64,000 nucleotides of DNA. It comes from Monocercomonoides exilis PA203 (taxonomy: Eukaryota > Protista > Preaxostyla). Both the position numbers and the translations under genes were made by a program. This document shows positions 49,953 through 59,917 of this stretch, piece after piece (the first letter of the stretch is position 1; every line of letters begins with the position of its first letter). Location: assembly GCA_001643675.2 (NCBI GenBank), contig LSRY02000010.1, positions 310,001 to 374,000 of the forward strand, in the 5' to 3' direction. The notes below the pieces were generated by a model. That model saw nothing but the letters and a program-made list of their open reading frames with translations. It was not told the origin of the DNA and did not search any database.

Positions 49953-49992
<40 letters not shown>
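49953..49992 (+). repeat. Poly(T) tract of about 40 nt
   Basis: Direct observation. Confidence 0.9.
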
Positions 49993-49994
<2 letters not shown>

Positions 49995-50337
49995 TTTTTA
50001 GTGACCGACAGAGCAAAAAAATTGCATGTCGTGTCGCACAGGTCTACATGTTTATTGTCGATATTCAAGAGTTATTTTCAAACCGAAATATTTGCAATAA
50101 AAATACAACATCAATAATTAGTACTCATATATTTTTCAAAACAGAATTTTTTTATTTTTATTTCTGACTTTTTTGATGAAAAATTTGTTTTCACACTAAT
50201 TTCCAATTTAAAAACAACTTTCTTTGAAAAATAAATAATAATAATAATTATTATTGAATAAGTGTTGAATATAAAAAAGCATAAAAATTTGATCTGAGTA
50301 TAATTAATTAAAGAATACCGTTGTTAAAAAGTGTAGA

Positions 50338-53300
50338 ATGCCACTGAATAATAATGCCAAGTTCATTTTCTCTTCTATAAAAATAATTATTATATTTTTC
50401 CTCATCTATTCAAATTGTCAACGCCATCAACGAGATGTTCTAATCTATGATAAATCATTACGGAGATTTTTTTTTAATGAAGCAAACAGCGGGGATATTT
50501 TTTATAAAAATGCCTTATATGATTTGCATTCAAATGAGTATGAACAAAGCAGAATTCCTTCTTTGAAGCCACGGCTTATAGAAAATTTACGAAGAGAAAT
50601 TTATTTTCCAACTAAATCCCCAACGATTAGATCACAAATTCAAGTTATTAATTCAACACTTCTGGAAGACTTTGTTATATTGAATGTTTTTGACAAGAAG
50701 TTTTCCTTATCAATTGATGAATATTCATGTTGCAACTTACAAAGCGTCACAATTACTTCTTTAGAGAAAATAGATGTATCTCCATTTAAATGCTTTGGCT
50801 CATTAGATATTATAAACCTGACTTTTCATTTTTCAGTTCATCATTCATTGAAGAGTTTAATTGCAACAACAAATTCTTCCACTGTGAGCTTGTCGCAAAC
50901 TTCTATTTGGAATTACAATTTATGCAATCAAGGGACTTTTCTTCACTTTGGAGAATGTTCATCTGAAGACATTAATAATTGTTTTTTTTCAAATGTGACT
51001 CAAGAAGATTTATTTGTGAGATGTTTTTCTTTCATGGGCTCATTTGAAAGCACTTTTGAAAGCTGTATGTCAATTTTCTCATCAAACTTTCTCGAAAGAG
51101 GAATTATTTGTAGAACTTACTCTTCAAAATACTTTAATTCAATAAATTCTACCTTTTTGAATAGTTTCAGGCAATGCAATGATCTGAACAGAACACAAAG
51201 GATAATAACAACGGAAACAAAAAATTTTAACTTATGCGAATGGGTTGATTGTTCTGCTGAATATGGAGGAGCAATATATATTCACAATAACAACGAAGCA
51301 TGCTTAACAGTTCTCAATTCTTCATTTTCTAATTGTCGTGCAACAAAATCAAAAGGAGGAGGGATTCTTGGTGAAAGCATTTCTCAATTTACCACAAGAG
51401 ATTCAATTTTTCAGAACTGTTCTAGTGCAATGACAGAAGGCGATGGAGGCGGTGGTGCAATTGGCTTGTTTTCAATTACAAAACAAACATTTATTCATAA
51501 TTGCAAATTCAACGGCGATTGGTCAGGAAATGATGGAGGAGCAATTAATTTGCGTCCAACGAAATCACTAATTTCAAAAGAATGCATTGTTGATTGTTTC
51601 TTTCTGAATTGCAGCAATCAGGGAGAAAATAATGGAATTGGAGGAGCAATTGAACATTGGTATCCAACGGATAAAGTGATATGTAAAAATTGCTTATTCA
51701 TGAATTGCTATTCTAAATGTGGTGGCGGAGGGTTTGGCACGACCGTTAATGATTATAACAATGAGACGATTTTATATTTTTGCTTTTTTCACAATAACAC
51801 TGCAAGAGTTGGTGGGCACGATGTTGTTCTTCAAAATTCAAACCATAATAATATAGATTCAACTTGCTACTCAACTTGCACAACAAATAACAGGGTTTCT
51901 ATTGAATATGCAAGGATATCAGATCGAAGTGAATGGTTGAAAAACGTTGGAGGAAGAAGCAGATTTGTTGCTTCGAAGGAGAATCAAGCAAATGCAAAAG
52001 ATACATTCAGCTGCGGACTGAATGAAAGTTGTGCATGTCTCACAATCAGTCATTGCCTGTCACAAATGATTTCTGGGTTTGTGGAGGAAATCAATGTGCT
52101 AGCTGGAACAGTTGTGGAAGGAAAAGTAATTGAGATTGGAGAGAAAACGATCTCTGTGAATGGAACTTCGTCAGCTGGCTCAGCCATTGAAACAAAATTT
52201 GAATCAAATGGGCTCAGTCTGTTTTGCATTGGTACAGGAGTATTGACCGTGAGTGATTTGTCTATGGTTCACAATTCGTCAATTGAGAATAACAGACAAT
52301 GCAGACTGTTTGAGGTTCAAGGGGCTGGAGGGATCAATTTGGATAGATTGAACATATCGATGGATGTGGCTCATTCAAAAGAGAGAAGCATTCAGAACAC
52401 ACTTGTGAAACTGGACGGGGGAGAGTTGAAGATGCAAGATGTGAGATGGGGCCGAACATTCAGCACCACGAGTGTGATATCTCTGTCTCAGGAGGCAACT
52501 GTTTCATTGTCTCTGGATAACTGCACATTTAGCAACATTGTGAGGACAACAGCCGGATCATCGTTGATAAGTTCAGGTGAAGGGTCGTTTTCGATAACTC
52601 TTGAGGGATGCACGATTGATGGCTGTGGGAGTGAAGCCTCTGATTTTGGAGGAGGGACGATGATTGAAGTGGGAAGTGGTGCTTCATTGAATATGATAGG
52701 AGGCCTTGTGAAGAACTGTTACGCCTCGACCATCCAAGGGAGAGGAGGAGGGATTGGGCTGAAAGTGAGAAACACAAATGCAGATTTTCTGATTTCATCA
52801 GCATTCAATGGAAACAGGGCCAAATGGGGAAGTGATATTTTCGTTGACTCGTTCGATCTGGAATCAACCGCAATAAGTGGAAATATCACTTCATTGACTG
52901 CTTCGTTTGATACAAAGAGCAAGATGCAAGGATTCAACAATGGAGATGAATCAGCTGCAATTCCGCTATGTGTTTATCTGATTCCTTTGCCAGAAGAGAT
53001 TGTTGTGAGCAATGTTGATGCTTCTGACAATTCTTATTGTGGATACGCTGAGATTCCGTGCCTGACTCTGAAGCATTGCTTGACAAGGCAAGAAGAAGAA
53101 AAGAAAATTGTTATCGATGGGATGACGGAAGTGAACAGTGAGCTGATGTTTGATTCCTTGAAGCACACAATCCGAGGGAAAGATGGAAACAGTGGATGGA
53201 AGGTTATTGATGATTCTGATGGAAGTGAAGGAAGTATGACAACAATAAGTGCAAATACTGTTTTGAAATCACTTGTTTTCTCTGTTCCATCTGCTCTTCC

Positions 53301-56300
53301 AAACCACGAATCGTTCTTCTGTTCCACTTTACAGTTATTTTCGCTTGATGGCTGCTCGCTGACATTTCAAGATCCCCAATCAGCATTATCTTATGTGTTT
53401 TTGTCAGCAACAGCAGGCGATGTTTCAGTTTCATTCTTTAATGTATTTTCTTTGATAATTGGGAATTGTCCATTGATTTCTCTTGATGGAATCAATGCTG
53501 CTGGTTCATTAACTTCTTTGAGTGCCGAGGATATGAGCTCGACAGAAAATAGTGTTTTGTTTGGGATGGCGAATGGAGCATCTATCACAATTGAGGATTC
53601 AACACTTTCAGCGAAAGCACCTTCACAAGCAGATTCATCATCAACAGGAACAATTCGAGTGATTTGCACAGACTCGGCGAAATCGATGAAATTGTCGAAC
53701 AATACGATGAGAGGATTGAAAGGCGATGGAGAAAATGGGGGAGCAGTGAAATGCACACTCAGGAGAGATTGCTCTCTGGAAATAGCTGGAGGATTGATGA
53801 GTGAGTGTGAGAGCAATGGAGGAAATGGAGGAGGGCTGTGGGTTGAGATGAAAGAAGGATCATCATTCACCGTGGGAAATATGACAGATACTGACTCAGC
53901 AAGGGCAATATTTCTTAAAGATGAAAGTGATTTATTTGAACTTGTGAGCTGCAAGGCAACACAAAGCACAAGTGGAGAGCACGGATATGGAGGAGGGATT
54001 TATCTTCATCTGGATGATGGGGCAAGTTCATTCATTTTGAAGGATGTTTCATTTTCTGGGTGTGATGCCAGAGAGGGGAAAGAAATGTTCATTAACGCTC
54101 ATGATCTTTCACATGTGATTAACAGAGAATCAATTTGCTTTGAAGTTGATTTGAATGATGTGAAATGGATGAATGGATTTGAGAGATCAACGCTGAATGA
54201 AACATTTTCCATTCCGCTGGTGGTGTATCTGTGGGATAACTTTTCAGGATCTGCCTTTGTTGGAGGGGGATCATTGAGCCATGATTTTTCGAAGTGTGGA
54301 TTTGAAAAGTTTCCGTGTTGGACAATTTCGAAGGCAGCATCTGTCCACTTTGAAGGGAAGAAAAAAGACATAACCATTCTTGAATCATTTGCCTTTGAGG
54401 ATGAATTGAGCTTGAGAACAGATGAATGGAGCGTTAAAGGAAAAGAGAATGTGACGAAGTGCAATGTATCTGATCAGAATGAGGGAACGCAAAAGGGATT
54501 GATTGAAAACTCAGTTCCGGTGTCTGTGACTGGAATTGTATTTTCTTTGAAGGAATCGCTGACTTTTCATGAAAGTGTATTTGAGTTTCATTCAGGGAAG
54601 CTCACACTGAGCAAATGCGGGATTGAAGGAGGTACTGATTCTATTTCGACAGTACTTGTGAAGGCTGTTGGAGGAGTTGTGGAAGTGATTGAGTTTTCAA
54701 CAGTGAATATGAGAATAGGAGATTCATCGTTTTTCATTGTTGAGGGAAGTATTAATTCAAGGCCTTCGATGAATATAACGAACAGTGATTTTGGAGAAAT
54801 CTCATTTGGCAATGGATGTGTTGTTGAGTGCCACAACGGAAATATCGAGAAGATAACAGGATCCACATTTTCATCGATTACTCGTTCGAAGGGAAGTGGA
54901 GGATGCATAAGTGCTTCGAACAAGGATGCTGGAAGAGAATACAAAGTGGAAATCAATGACTGCACATTTGAAGACTGTGCTGTTGTTGGGGAGGAAGAGG
55001 AAACTGGAGGAGGTACATTCTTTTTCGAAGCATCTGCAAACACTAACCTGCTAATAAACAGGTGCGCTTTTTATTCTTGCACAGCACCCCATGACGGGGT
55101 GGCAGTTGGATATGGAGGAGGTATTATGTTGCAGCTGCTGAAAGAAGAAGAAGTTGCGTTTGCGATATCCTCACCTGTTTTTTCATCTGACAAGCCAAAC
55201 AATGCAAGGTTTGGAAAGGACTTGTTTGTTTCATCTCCATCACTTATCGGAAGTATCAAGAACGAAACATTGCCATTTGTGAAAGACAGACTGGAGATAC
55301 TGACAGAAGATTCTATGAGAGGATATGATGGAAGAAACAGAGAGTGTGCAATTCCACTGATCTATTTCTGGAAAGTACTCGAGTTGAGTGTGTATATTGC
55401 ACCAGAAGGAAACAATGTGATTGTGTGTGGGCTGCTGGAGTATCCATGCGGATCTGTTGATTATGGGATGAAGAGAGGGAGTAGTTTGGGGATTGTGTCG
55501 ATTGTCATTCAAGGGACTTGTGATGTGAGGAGTAAAATGAGTGTGAATGGGATGAGGCTGGAAGGAACAAATGGCGAAAGAGACAAAATTCAATTCATAA
55601 AAGAGATTGAAGGAGACAGGGATGCTGTTGTTGAATGCAAAGGGGCTGTTCAATTCAGTGAATTGGCAATGATGATCCCCAGTGCCTTTGATAACGGAGC
55701 AAGCATCCTCATCCAGACCGGTTCAGGTGCAATCAAAACGAGTGTTGTGAGCTGTTCAATTCACACAAATGAAAATGTGATAGGTGCGGTGTCATTTGTT
55801 CTGATCAGTGCCTCAAAAGGAATTGTTGAGATTGAAAAGACAAATATAGCTAGATTCTCAACGATGCATGAAATAATGAGCATATCAACAGATTGTGCAA
55901 TTGCCATGAGCGATGCAACATTTGAGAATATTACATTGAGTGGGAAAAGTGCACTGACAATGAGTGAAAGTGTGATCACTTCAAGTGAAAATAATAATGC
56001 AGTTGAAGTGTGGAATGTTCTGATTGAGCAATGTACATTTCTGAATGTGAAGCACAGTGTGTCGAACAACCCTTCATTGCTTTGTTGTGATGTGCCAAAT
56101 GAAGTGAGATTGCAAATGGAGAGTTCGACAATTGATGGCTGTGGATCGGCAAGCTCTTATGAAGGAGGAGGAATGCTTTTCCTTCTCAATGAAAGAGGGA
56201 GGTTGGAAATGAATCGCACGAATGTGTCAGAGTGTTTCTGTTCAAACATTGGGAGAGGCGGAGGATTGTTTTTGAAGTCGCAAAGTGTCTCACAGAAGAT

Positions 56301-59300
56301 TTTGCCATTCGTGCTGTCGAACATCACATTCCTTCGGAATGTTGCATCGAAGGGGAGGGATGTGTTTGTTAAGTGCATAGATCTTGACTCGCAGATAAGT
56401 GAATCACAGTTCCTTATAAGTTTTGGGGAGCCATTTGTGAAGGAGCTGGCGATATGGGGGTGCACAGCAGACAATTATGGGGATGAGGAGGATTTGTTGC
56501 GAAGAGTATTTGTGTTCAGGAGCGAATTCATATTTGTGTCTTCAATTGTGGAAAACAGCAGCAACAGCAAGCAGTGTGGGGAGATGAAGAGCACATGTTC
56601 ATCGCTGGATGTTGGGGTGAGCCACATCATCCCATCGGATTATTCGCAGCTGTATATTTGGAATGAAACCACATTAGCTAGTTCCTGCTCGGCTGAGAAG
56701 GTGACGATCAAGTCGATGGAGGCGAGCAGGAATGGGGAGATAAAAGTGAATGAAATTAATTTAGCTGATGAAGGAGCTGTGACGACATCAAAGTCTGTTC
56801 GATTTGAGAAAGTGTCATTTGTTTTTGGTGGAATGGGAAATGTTGTCTGCTCGTGCTTGATACACCAGCTGAATGGATCTCTTATTCTGGAATCTGTTTC
56901 ATTCTTGTCAGAGAATAGAACAACAGAAAATATACAGACACTTTTTGATTTTTCTCTGATTGTTGTTGAAGAAGGGGTATTTGAGGCAGAAAAGTGCGGT
57001 ATTGGACACTTGAAATTCTCGAAGCATGTATTCGAGATGTTGCATTCAGAAAGGGCGACATTTGAGGATATGAGAGTGGATGATGCGGAATATAAGAATT
57101 CGTTGATTGAATGTGGAAAGAGCGAGGAAGTGAGTATTTCTAAGTTGGCAGCCACAAATATTGGGTTGGAAGAAGGGAGCCTGATCTCATTTGAAAACTG
57201 CCACTCATCACTCGTTTTGTCATTGGTATTATCATCATTCACAAACATCAGCCGATCGAGTGATGGGTCTTGCATTGTTTGTGCAACAAATGGGATGAGT
57301 GGATTTGAAATGTGCAACTGCTCTTTTCATGAGTGTACATCAGAGTCACCAAAGGGGAGCCAAGTGGCGATAGCATTGGCAGAGAAGATATTGATGGAGT
57401 CATGTGTGTTTGAAGGGAATTTGATTTCAGAAACAGAAGGGAATGAGATTTCTGATGAAGTCTGCCAATGGAATGGGTCAGTTGTTGACTTGTCGATGAG
57501 TGAAGCAGTTGTGCAAGACACCACAATTTGCAACTCATCGAAGGGAGGGATGAGTGTGAGTGGAGGATCTATTACGATTGAAATGGGATTGTTTGAGAAT
57601 AACAACCCTTCGATTGAGAATTACCCATCAGCAAGAAGAAACATAATTTGTTCAGATTCTGCTTCATTGACCATTTCCAGTTTGAAAGGAGGAGATGGAG
57701 TGAAAGACAATTCATCACTTTGGATTCTGAATGAAGGGTGCAGTTTAGAAGGGATTGTTTCAGAAAGGGATTCATCATTTTTCATTCCTGTTCTGGAGAG
57801 TGTGGAAGCAAAAGAAGAGACAGATAGAATGAAGCTGGCATTCAAAGGATTGCTTCTTGTTCCATGCAATCTGTCATTCTCAGTCGTTAAGAGGAAGGGA
57901 GAAGAGAAAGAGATTGAAAAACATGATTTTGATTCAGATGGGTTTTTATCAGAAAGAGAAGTTGAGGGAAGTGTGGCAAAAGATCTCATCAGCAGTTGTG
58001 GAGATGAAACAGAAATGAGTGTATGCATTCTTTTTGGGAGCATGGATCAGCCTTCGTCAACAGATGTTGTTTTTGTGAAGAACAGAAGTGAGCCCAAAAC
58101 TAATAGAGATGAAAGGATTTCCGAGGGAAGGAAAGAAGGAAAATCATGGGCTTTTATAATTGCAGTTATTTTTGTTATTTTGTTCTTAATAGTTCTTGTT
58201 GTGTCTATTATCCTGGCTGTTCGATGGAAGAAGGTCAAGAATGAAGCTGAAGATTTGAGAGAGATCGTGAATGACAATATCAGAAAGGATCCGAAGGCAT
58301 TTGAGATGGTGACGATGGAGATGTCACCTGAGGAGCAGTGGAGAAGGGCTGAGAGAGAGGCAGAGAAGAAAAATGAAGAGAGGATAAAGAAGAGGGTGTA
58401 TGAGACGAATATGGTGCATTCGGAGTCTGAAGAGTATCTTCTCTCTGAAAGTGGCTCGACAGAATACATTCTGGGAAAGGACTCAGATAAGATTCCTGAT
58501 TGGGCACTGGAAAAGGAGGAAGAGGAAGAGGAAAGGAAGAGAACACCATCTCCATCCATTTCATCCACTTCAACAACAGACACTTCAGACACAGACACAA
58601 CATTTGTTCGAACAGAAAGCCTGTGCCCCACCACCTCATCCATGTCAAACTTGGTGGATGCAATGGCCTGTTCTTCGCCTCATGAAAAACTGATTGTGGA
58701 TCTGCGAGATTCGCTGTTCATGCTGCTTCATGGGAGGAACGCGAAGAAAGAGATGGCGATTGGCACCCTTCAGGAGAGAGAAGTGACCGCTGCCCAAATC
58801 CTGTTCTGGGTGGCCAACCTTGCACTCCACTCCTTTGATGAAATGGAAAATCCACTTTCATCCTTGGAAAACCTGAGTCCGCACATTGTTCTTTTCTCTG
58901 AACACATGGTTATCTGCATTGCCATGCACTCCGACTGTTCTTCTTCAGATTCAGATTCATCTTCAATTTCATCATCCACGATTGTAACATCATCATCTGA
59001 TGGCTCAAGAAGGAGCAAGAGATACACACGCTCTCCCCCACCTTCATCAGCGTTTGAGGATGATGAAGACAACAGAAATGAGTGTTTGCGATGGAAGGCG
59101 CCGGAGCTGATGAGTGGGGCAAAGAAGCATGCCACAAAGAAGACAGTTACATTCTCGATCGGGATGATGCTGTGGGAGTGTCTGACGCTTGATGTTCCAT
59201 TTGGGGAATACGAAGCTGAGGTTGCGGGGAAGAAAATAGTTAGCGGAGAGAGACCAATAATGAACATTGTTTGCCAATCTTCATTATCGAATTCGGTCAA

Positions 59301-59475
59301 TTCTTGTTTGGCTTTGAAATCATCAGATAGACCAAATATTATCGAATTAAAACGTGAGTTTTTCCAATTTTTTCCAAAAGAATCTGCCATACTTACAATG
59401 ACGGATGCCGTTGATTTTGAGATAGACTCGAAAATAGAGAAATTCCAAGTGAGTCTCGTTTCAGAAAAAATTTGA
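50338..59475 (+). CDS. 3,045-aa single-pass receptor: modular beta-helix/Cys ectodomain, TM, Ser/Thr-rich linker, degenerate kinase
   Basis: Hydrophobic N-terminus, GGAI/GGGI repeats, five CG...(P/A/T)C modules, TM, LRWKAPEL...FSIGMMLWECLT; intronless. Confidence 0.88.
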   Translation: MPLNNNAKFIFSSIKIIIIFFLIYSNCQRHQRDVLIYDKSLRRFFFNEANSGDIFYKNALYDLHSNEYEQSRIPSLKPRLIENLRREIYFPTKSPTIRSQIQVINSTLLEDFVILNVFDKKFSLSIDEYSCCNLQSVTITSLEKIDVSPFKCFGSLDIINLTFHFSVHHSLKSLIATTNSSTVSLSQTSIWNYNLCNQGTFLHFGECSSEDINNCFFSNVTQEDLFVRCFSFMGSFESTFESCMSIFSSNFLERGIICRTYSSKYFNSINSTFLNSFRQCNDLNRTQRIITTETKNFNLCEWVDCSAEYGGAIYIHNNNEACLTVLNSSFSNCRATKSKGGGILGESISQFTTRDSIFQNCSSAMTEGDGGGGAIGLFSITKQTFIHNCKFNGDWSGNDGGAINLRPTKSLISKECIVDCFFLNCSNQGENNGIGGAIEHWYPTDKVICKNCLFMNCYSKCGGGGFGTTVNDYNNETILYFCFFHNNTARVGGHDVVLQNSNHNNIDSTCYSTCTTNNRVSIEYARISDRSEWLKNVGGRSRFVASKENQANAKDTFSCGLNESCACLTISHCLSQMISGFVEEINVLAGTVVEGKVIEIGEKTISVNGTSSAGSAIETKFESNGLSLFCIGTGVLTVSDLSMVHNSSIENNRQCRLFEVQGAGGINLDRLNISMDVAHSKERSIQNTLVKLDGGELKMQDVRWGRTFSTTSVISLSQEATVSLSLDNCTFSNIVRTTAGSSLISSGEGSFSITLEGCTIDGCGSEASDFGGGTMIEVGSGASLNMIGGLVKNCYASTIQGRGGGIGLKVRNTNADFLISSAFNGNRAKWGSDIFVDSFDLESTAISGNITSLTASFDTKSKMQGFNNGDESAAIPLCVYLIPLPEEIVVSNVDASDNSYCGYAEIPCLTLKHCLTRQEEEKKIVIDGMTEVNSELMFDSLKHTIRGKDGNSGWKVIDDSDGSEGSMTTISANTVLKSLVFSVPSALPNHESFFCSTLQLFSLDGCSLTFQDPQSALSYVFLSATAGDVSVSFFNVFSLIIGNCPLISLDGINAAGSLTSLSAEDMSSTENSVLFGMANGASITIEDSTLSAKAPSQADSSSTGTIRVICTDSAKSMKLSNNTMRGLKGDGENGGAVKCTLRRDCSLEIAGGLMSECESNGGNGGGLWVEMKEGSSFTVGNMTDTDSARAIFLKDESDLFELVSCKATQSTSGEHGYGGGIYLHLDDGASSFILKDVSFSGCDAREGKEMFINAHDLSHVINRESICFEVDLNDVKWMNGFERSTLNETFSIPLVVYLWDNFSGSAFVGGGSLSHDFSKCGFEKFPCWTISKAASVHFEGKKKDITILESFAFEDELSLRTDEWSVKGKENVTKCNVSDQNEGTQKGLIENSVPVSVTGIVFSLKESLTFHESVFEFHSGKLTLSKCGIEGGTDSISTVLVKAVGGVVEVIEFSTVNMRIGDSSFFIVEGSINSRPSMNITNSDFGEISFGNGCVVECHNGNIEKITGSTFSSITRSKGSGGCISASNKDAGREYKVEINDCTFEDCAVVGEEEETGGGTFFFEASANTNLLINRCAFYSCTAPHDGVAVGYGGGIMLQLLKEEEVAFAISSPVFSSDKPNNARFGKDLFVSSPSLIGSIKNETLPFVKDRLEILTEDSMRGYDGRNRECAIPLIYFWKVLELSVYIAPEGNNVIVCGLLEYPCGSVDYGMKRGSSLGIVSIVIQGTCDVRSKMSVNGMRLEGTNGERDKIQFIKEIEGDRDAVVECKGAVQFSELAMMIPSAFDNGASILIQTGSGAIKTSVVSCSIHTNENVIGAVSFVLISASKGIVEIEKTNIARFSTMHEIMSISTDCAIAMSDATFENITLSGKSALTMSESVITSSENNNAVEVWNVLIEQCTFLNVKHSVSNNPSLLCCDVPNEVRLQMESSTIDGCGSASSYEGGGMLFLLNERGRLEMNRTNVSECFCSNIGRGGGLFLKSQSVSQKILPFVLSNITFLRNVASKGRDVFVKCIDLDSQISESQFLISFGEPFVKELAIWGCTADNYGDEEDLLRRVFVFRSEFIFVSSIVENSSNSKQCGEMKSTCSSLDVGVSHIIPSDYSQLYIWNETTLASSCSAEKVTIKSMEASRNGEIKVNEINLADEGAVTTSKSVRFEKVSFVFGGMGNVVCSCLIHQLNGSLILESVSFLSENRTTENIQTLFDFSLIVVEEGVFEAEKCGIGHLKFSKHVFEMLHSERATFEDMRVDDAEYKNSLIECGKSEEVSISKLAATNIGLEEGSLISFENCHSSLVLSLVLSSFTNISRSSDGSCIVCATNGMSGFEMCNCSFHECTSESPKGSQVAIALAEKILMESCVFEGNLISETEGNEISDEVCQWNGSVVDLSMSEAVVQDTTICNSSKGGMSVSGGSITIEMGLFENNNPSIENYPSARRNIICSDSASLTISSLKGGDGVKDNSSLWILNEGCSLEGIVSERDSSFFIPVLESVEAKEETDRMKLAFKGLLLVPCNLSFSVVKRKGEEKEIEKHDFDSDGFLSEREVEGSVAKDLISSCGDETEMSVCILFGSMDQPSSTDVVFVKNRSEPKTNRDERISEGRKEGKSWAFIIAVIFVILFLIVLVVSIILAVRWKKVKNEAEDLREIVNDNIRKDPKAFEMVTMEMSPEEQWRRAEREAEKKNEERIKKRVYETNMVHSESEEYLLSESGSTEYILGKDSDKIPDWALEKEEEEEERKRTPSPSISSTSTTDTSDTDTTFVRTESLCPTTSSMSNLVDAMACSSPHEKLIVDLRDSLFMLLHGRNAKKEMAIGTLQEREVTAAQILFWVANLALHSFDEMENPLSSLENLSPHIVLFSEHMVICIAMHSDCSSSDSDSSSISSSTIVTSSSDGSRRSKRYTRSPPPSSAFEDDEDNRNECLRWKAPELMSGAKKHATKKTVTFSIGMMLWECLTLDVPFGEYEAEVAGKKIVSGERPIMNIVCQSSLSNSVNSCLALKSSDRPNIIELKREFFQFFPKESAILTMTDAVDFEIDSKIEKFQVSLVSEKI

Positions 59476-59917
59476 TATTTGATTAAAAAATTATGTTTAA
59501 AACATTTTTAATCTTGAAAATACAAATTGACCAATTTATTTGATTAATGCAGGCTAAACTATATGTAGATTACAATTGAATTTTATTTTAATCTTGTTTG
59601 AATGAAATATGTAGCATCTGTATGTTTTTGTTTTTTTTGAAAATTGATGTTTGAATCAATTTTTTTTAAACTTAGTCTCATTATACCAATTCATAATAAA
59701 TATTTAGTTTTTTTACCTTTCAACCAAGGAATTGAAAGGTGTATTGAATATGTTAGCCAATCGTTTGATAACTTTATTGAAACTAGACATTTATTTATTG
59801 ATCAAGTGATCAAAATTTCTTATTTTGGAAGAGTAAAACACGAAACTTGGAAATATCAAAAGGTAAATAAAAATTTATAGAATACTTTTGTTTATTACCG
59901 TTTAATATACACTGCAA

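Larger units (their letters stand above)
46649..50046. mobile_element. Non-autonomous hAT-like TIR element (3,398 bp) with internal pseudogene cargo
   Basis: 15-bp perfect TIR TAGACCTGTGCGACA (46649-46663 / 50032-50046); 8-bp TSD CATGTTTA (46641-46648, 50047-50054); GTGACCGACA near both ends. Confidence 0.82.

Noticed and set aside
49953-49992. Poly(T) as a retrocopy tail of the 48-49 kb pseudogene
   Set aside because: It lies upstream of that gene's 5' end, which is the wrong side.
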